A stretch of 27,028 nucleotides of DNA from a virus (lineage: Duplodnaviria > Caudoviricetes): the IMG/VR virus record IMGVR_UViG_3300025675_000019, positions 1-27,028 of that record; one strand, 5' to 3'. Both the position numbers and the translations under genes were made by a program. Shown one piece after another: positions 25,152-27,028 of the stretch (positions are counted from its first letter, which is position 1; every line of letters starts with the position of its first letter). The notes below the pieces were generated by a model. The model did no database searches. It saw only the letters and a program-made list of their open reading frames with translations, and was not told where the DNA came from.

Positions 25152-25613
25152 ATGGCGAAAGAGATCCTGATCGGCGGCGAGGACGAGCGCGCGGACGTCG
25201 AGGAGGGCGCGCTCGAGGAGGGCAAGCTCGAGGGCGCGGGGCAGAGCGACCTGCCGGCCGAGGCGCGCGTCGAGTACTCGGCGACCGGGCTGCCGACGAA
25301 GATCGCGCTGCCGCTGCTCGTGCCCGAGCAGGCCGTGCTGAAGTTCAAGAACGACGCCGGCGAGGTGGTGCGCGAGGAGGCATACCCCGAGCTGGTGTTC
25401 TCCCGGCTGAACGGCGCGGACATGGAGGCGATCATGAACGCCTCCAAGGCGTCGTCGTTCGCCGTCATGTGCCAGCGCGCCTGCAAGATGCCGAAGCTGA
25501 ACGCGACGAAGTTCAACGTGCTCTGGAAGCAGCTCGACGGCTCGGACCAGCTGCGCGCGATCCAGTGCGTCGACCATTTTTTGTCGAGTGGCCGGAAGAC
25601 TGGGCGGTCCTGA
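25152..25613 (+). CDS. Tail assembly chaperone
   Basis: Between tube and tape measure; LVFSRLNGADM; slippery TTTTTTG near 3' end. Confidence 0.78.
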   Translation: MAKEILIGGEDERADVEEGALEEGKLEGAGQSDLPAEARVEYSATGLPTKIALPLLVPEQAVLKFKNDAGEVVREEAYPELVFSRLNGADMEAIMNASKASSFAVMCQRACKMPKLNATKFNVLWKQLDGSDQLRAIQCVDHFLSSGRKTGRS

Positions 25614-25750
25614 TCGCCCAGATCGCCGAGGTGGCGGGCGGCGCGTACGGCGACCTCTACCGCCTCACCCTGCCGGAGATCCGGCTGCGCTGGGGCGCCC
25701 ACGCGAAGCTCGACGAGCAACGCAAGGCCAGCGCCAAGCCGCCCCGCTGA
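25577..25750 (+). CDS. -1 frameshift extension of tail chaperone (E'/T-like)
   Basis: T TTT TTG at 25577-25583; -1 frame reads VEWPEDWAVLIAQIA...DLYRLTLPEIRLRW to TGA 25750. Confidence 0.7.
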   Translation, partial: FFVEWPEDWAVLIAQIAEVAGGAYGDLYRLTLPEIRLRWGAHAKLDEQRKASAKPPR

Positions 25751-25762
25751 GGAGGAGCCGAC

Positions 25763-27028
25763 ATGCGCGAGTTCGCCGTCTCCGTCCTCGTCAACCTCCG
25801 CGACCGGCTCTCGGGCGGGCTGAACGGCATCCGCCAGCGGCTCGAGCAGCTGCGCAACCTCGGCCGCCGGCTGGGGCTCGACCGCTTGGGGAGCGCCTTC
25901 GGCGGCGTGATCAAGCAGGTCGGGCTTCTCGGCGCCGCCTTCACGACGCTCGCGACCGTCGCCGGCGGTGGCCTCATCCTGCTCGGCAACCAGCTCGCGG
26001 AGCGTGGCGGACAGATCGAGGCGATGGCGCGCACGGCTGCCGTCACAACGGATGCGCTGCAGGAGATGATGTATGTCGGCGCGACGCGCGGTGTGGAGGG
26101 CGACGCCCTCGTCGACGCGCTCAAGGAGATGCAGCTTCGCGCAGATGAGCTGATCATCACGGGTGAAGGATCCGCCAAGGAGGCCTACCAGCGGCTCGGC
26201 CTCACGGCGGACGCGATCGCTGCCGGGCTGGAGGAGCCTGACCGATTGCTCGAGGAGATCCTCGGCCGTCTCGAGGACTTCGATCCTGGCGCACAGATAC
26301 GCATTCTCGACGAGGTGTTCGGCGGATCGGGAGAGCAGCTGCAGCGGCTCATCGGTTTGGGTGTCGAGGGCATCCGCGAGCTGCGTCTGGAGGCGCGCGA
26401 GATCGGCGCGATCATTACGCCGGAGCAGCTCGCCATCATGTACGAGTACGGCACTGCTGTTAAGGGCCTCACGGACCGCTACAGCGGCCTGCAGAACATG
26501 CTCGCCGAGAAGCTGCTCCCGGTGCTCACGCCGCTCGCGGACCAGCTATCCGCCTGGCTCGACGCACACCGGCCGCAGATCATCGCAGCGACGGAGGGCG
26601 CCGTCTCAGCGCTCGCCGAGGCGATACCGGTCGCGGTCGATGGCTTCCAGCGCATGATCGACATCGTCGGCCCTGTCGCCACAGGAGCCGGGATGGTGAT
26701 CGAGAAGCTCGGCGGGATCGAGACCGTCGCGGTGGCTCTCGGCACGCTGTTCTCGGCGAAGCTCGTTGCTGCGCTGGCCGCGTTCGGCGTCGCCCTTCTG
26801 ACGACCCCGATCGGGTGGTTCATCCTGGTGGTCGGCGGGGCCGTCGCCCTGATCCGGAAGGAATGGGACACGTTCGCACCGTACTTCGAGCAGGTGCTCG
26901 GCGGCGTGCGCGCGCTGTTCGAGGGCGACGTCTCGGCCATCCTCACCATCATCGACGGGCTCGTCGCCATCGTCGGGCAGGTCGTGATCGAGTTCGGGAA
27001 GTGGATTGCAGAGGTGACCGGGCTGGAC
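25763..27028 (+). CDS. Tape measure protein (5' part, truncated by window end)
   Basis: GAGGAGG SD, MREFAVSVLVNLRDRLSGGL..., appears open to the window end, Ala/Gly/Leu-rich helical. Confidence 0.85.
   Translation, partial: MREFAVSVLVNLRDRLSGGLNGIRQRLEQLRNLGRRLGLDRLGSAFGGVIKQVGLLGAAFTTLATVAGGGLILLGNQLAERGGQIEAMARTAAVTTDALQEMMYVGATRGVEGDALVDALKEMQLRADELIITGEGSAKEAYQRLGLTADAIAAGLEEPDRLLEEILGRLEDFDPGAQIRILDEVFGGSGEQLQRLIGLGVEGIRELRLEAREIGAIITPEQLAIMYEYGTAVKGLTDRYSGLQNMLAEKLLPVLTPLADQLSAWLDAHRPQIIAATEGAVSALAEAIPVAVDGFQRMIDIVGPVATGAGMVIEKLGGIETVAVALGTLFSAKLVAALAAFGVALLTTPIGWFILVVGGAVALIRKEWDTFAPYFEQVLGGVRALFEGDVSAILTIIDGLVAIVGQVVIEFGKWIAEVTGLD

Larger units (their letters stand above)
126..27028 (+). 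mobile_element. Mu-like transposable prophage (left part; right end outside window)
   Basis: Mu gene order repressor/ner/A/B...GemA/Mor-C/lysis/gp26-29/F/G/I/T/gp35-38/sheath/tube/chaperone/tape measure; TG terminus followed by repeated sites. Confidence 0.95.

Overview
The window holds the left ~27 kb of a Mu-like transposable, contractile-tailed prophage. The host is probably a high-GC alphaproteobacterium (inferred from the gene set and apparent GANTC scarcity). About 125 bp of host DNA precede a probable left end (TG at 126, then three related end-binding repeats). Gene order follows: CI-type repressor divergent from ner, ParB-like protein, transposase A, ATPase B, a semi-essential region (DUF3164, a tandem-domain protein, GemA, an opposite-strand secreted-protein moron), Mor/C-like activator, lysis genes, terminase, portal, F, G, protease/scaffold, capsid, head-tail connectors, sheath, tube, frameshifted chaperone and a tape measure gene cut by the window end. 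The most informative signals are non-coding: end repeats, GCGA-N4-TCGC operators, a duplicated late-promoter dyad, TAAGAGGCG repeats at the G-I position where Mu has its strong gyrase site (echoed at the left end), and a 14-bp hairpin plus mini-ORF between A and B. Family calls come from motif recognition and synteny, not database searches. I found no clearly new system; the ParB/central-repeat link is the most speculative lead.
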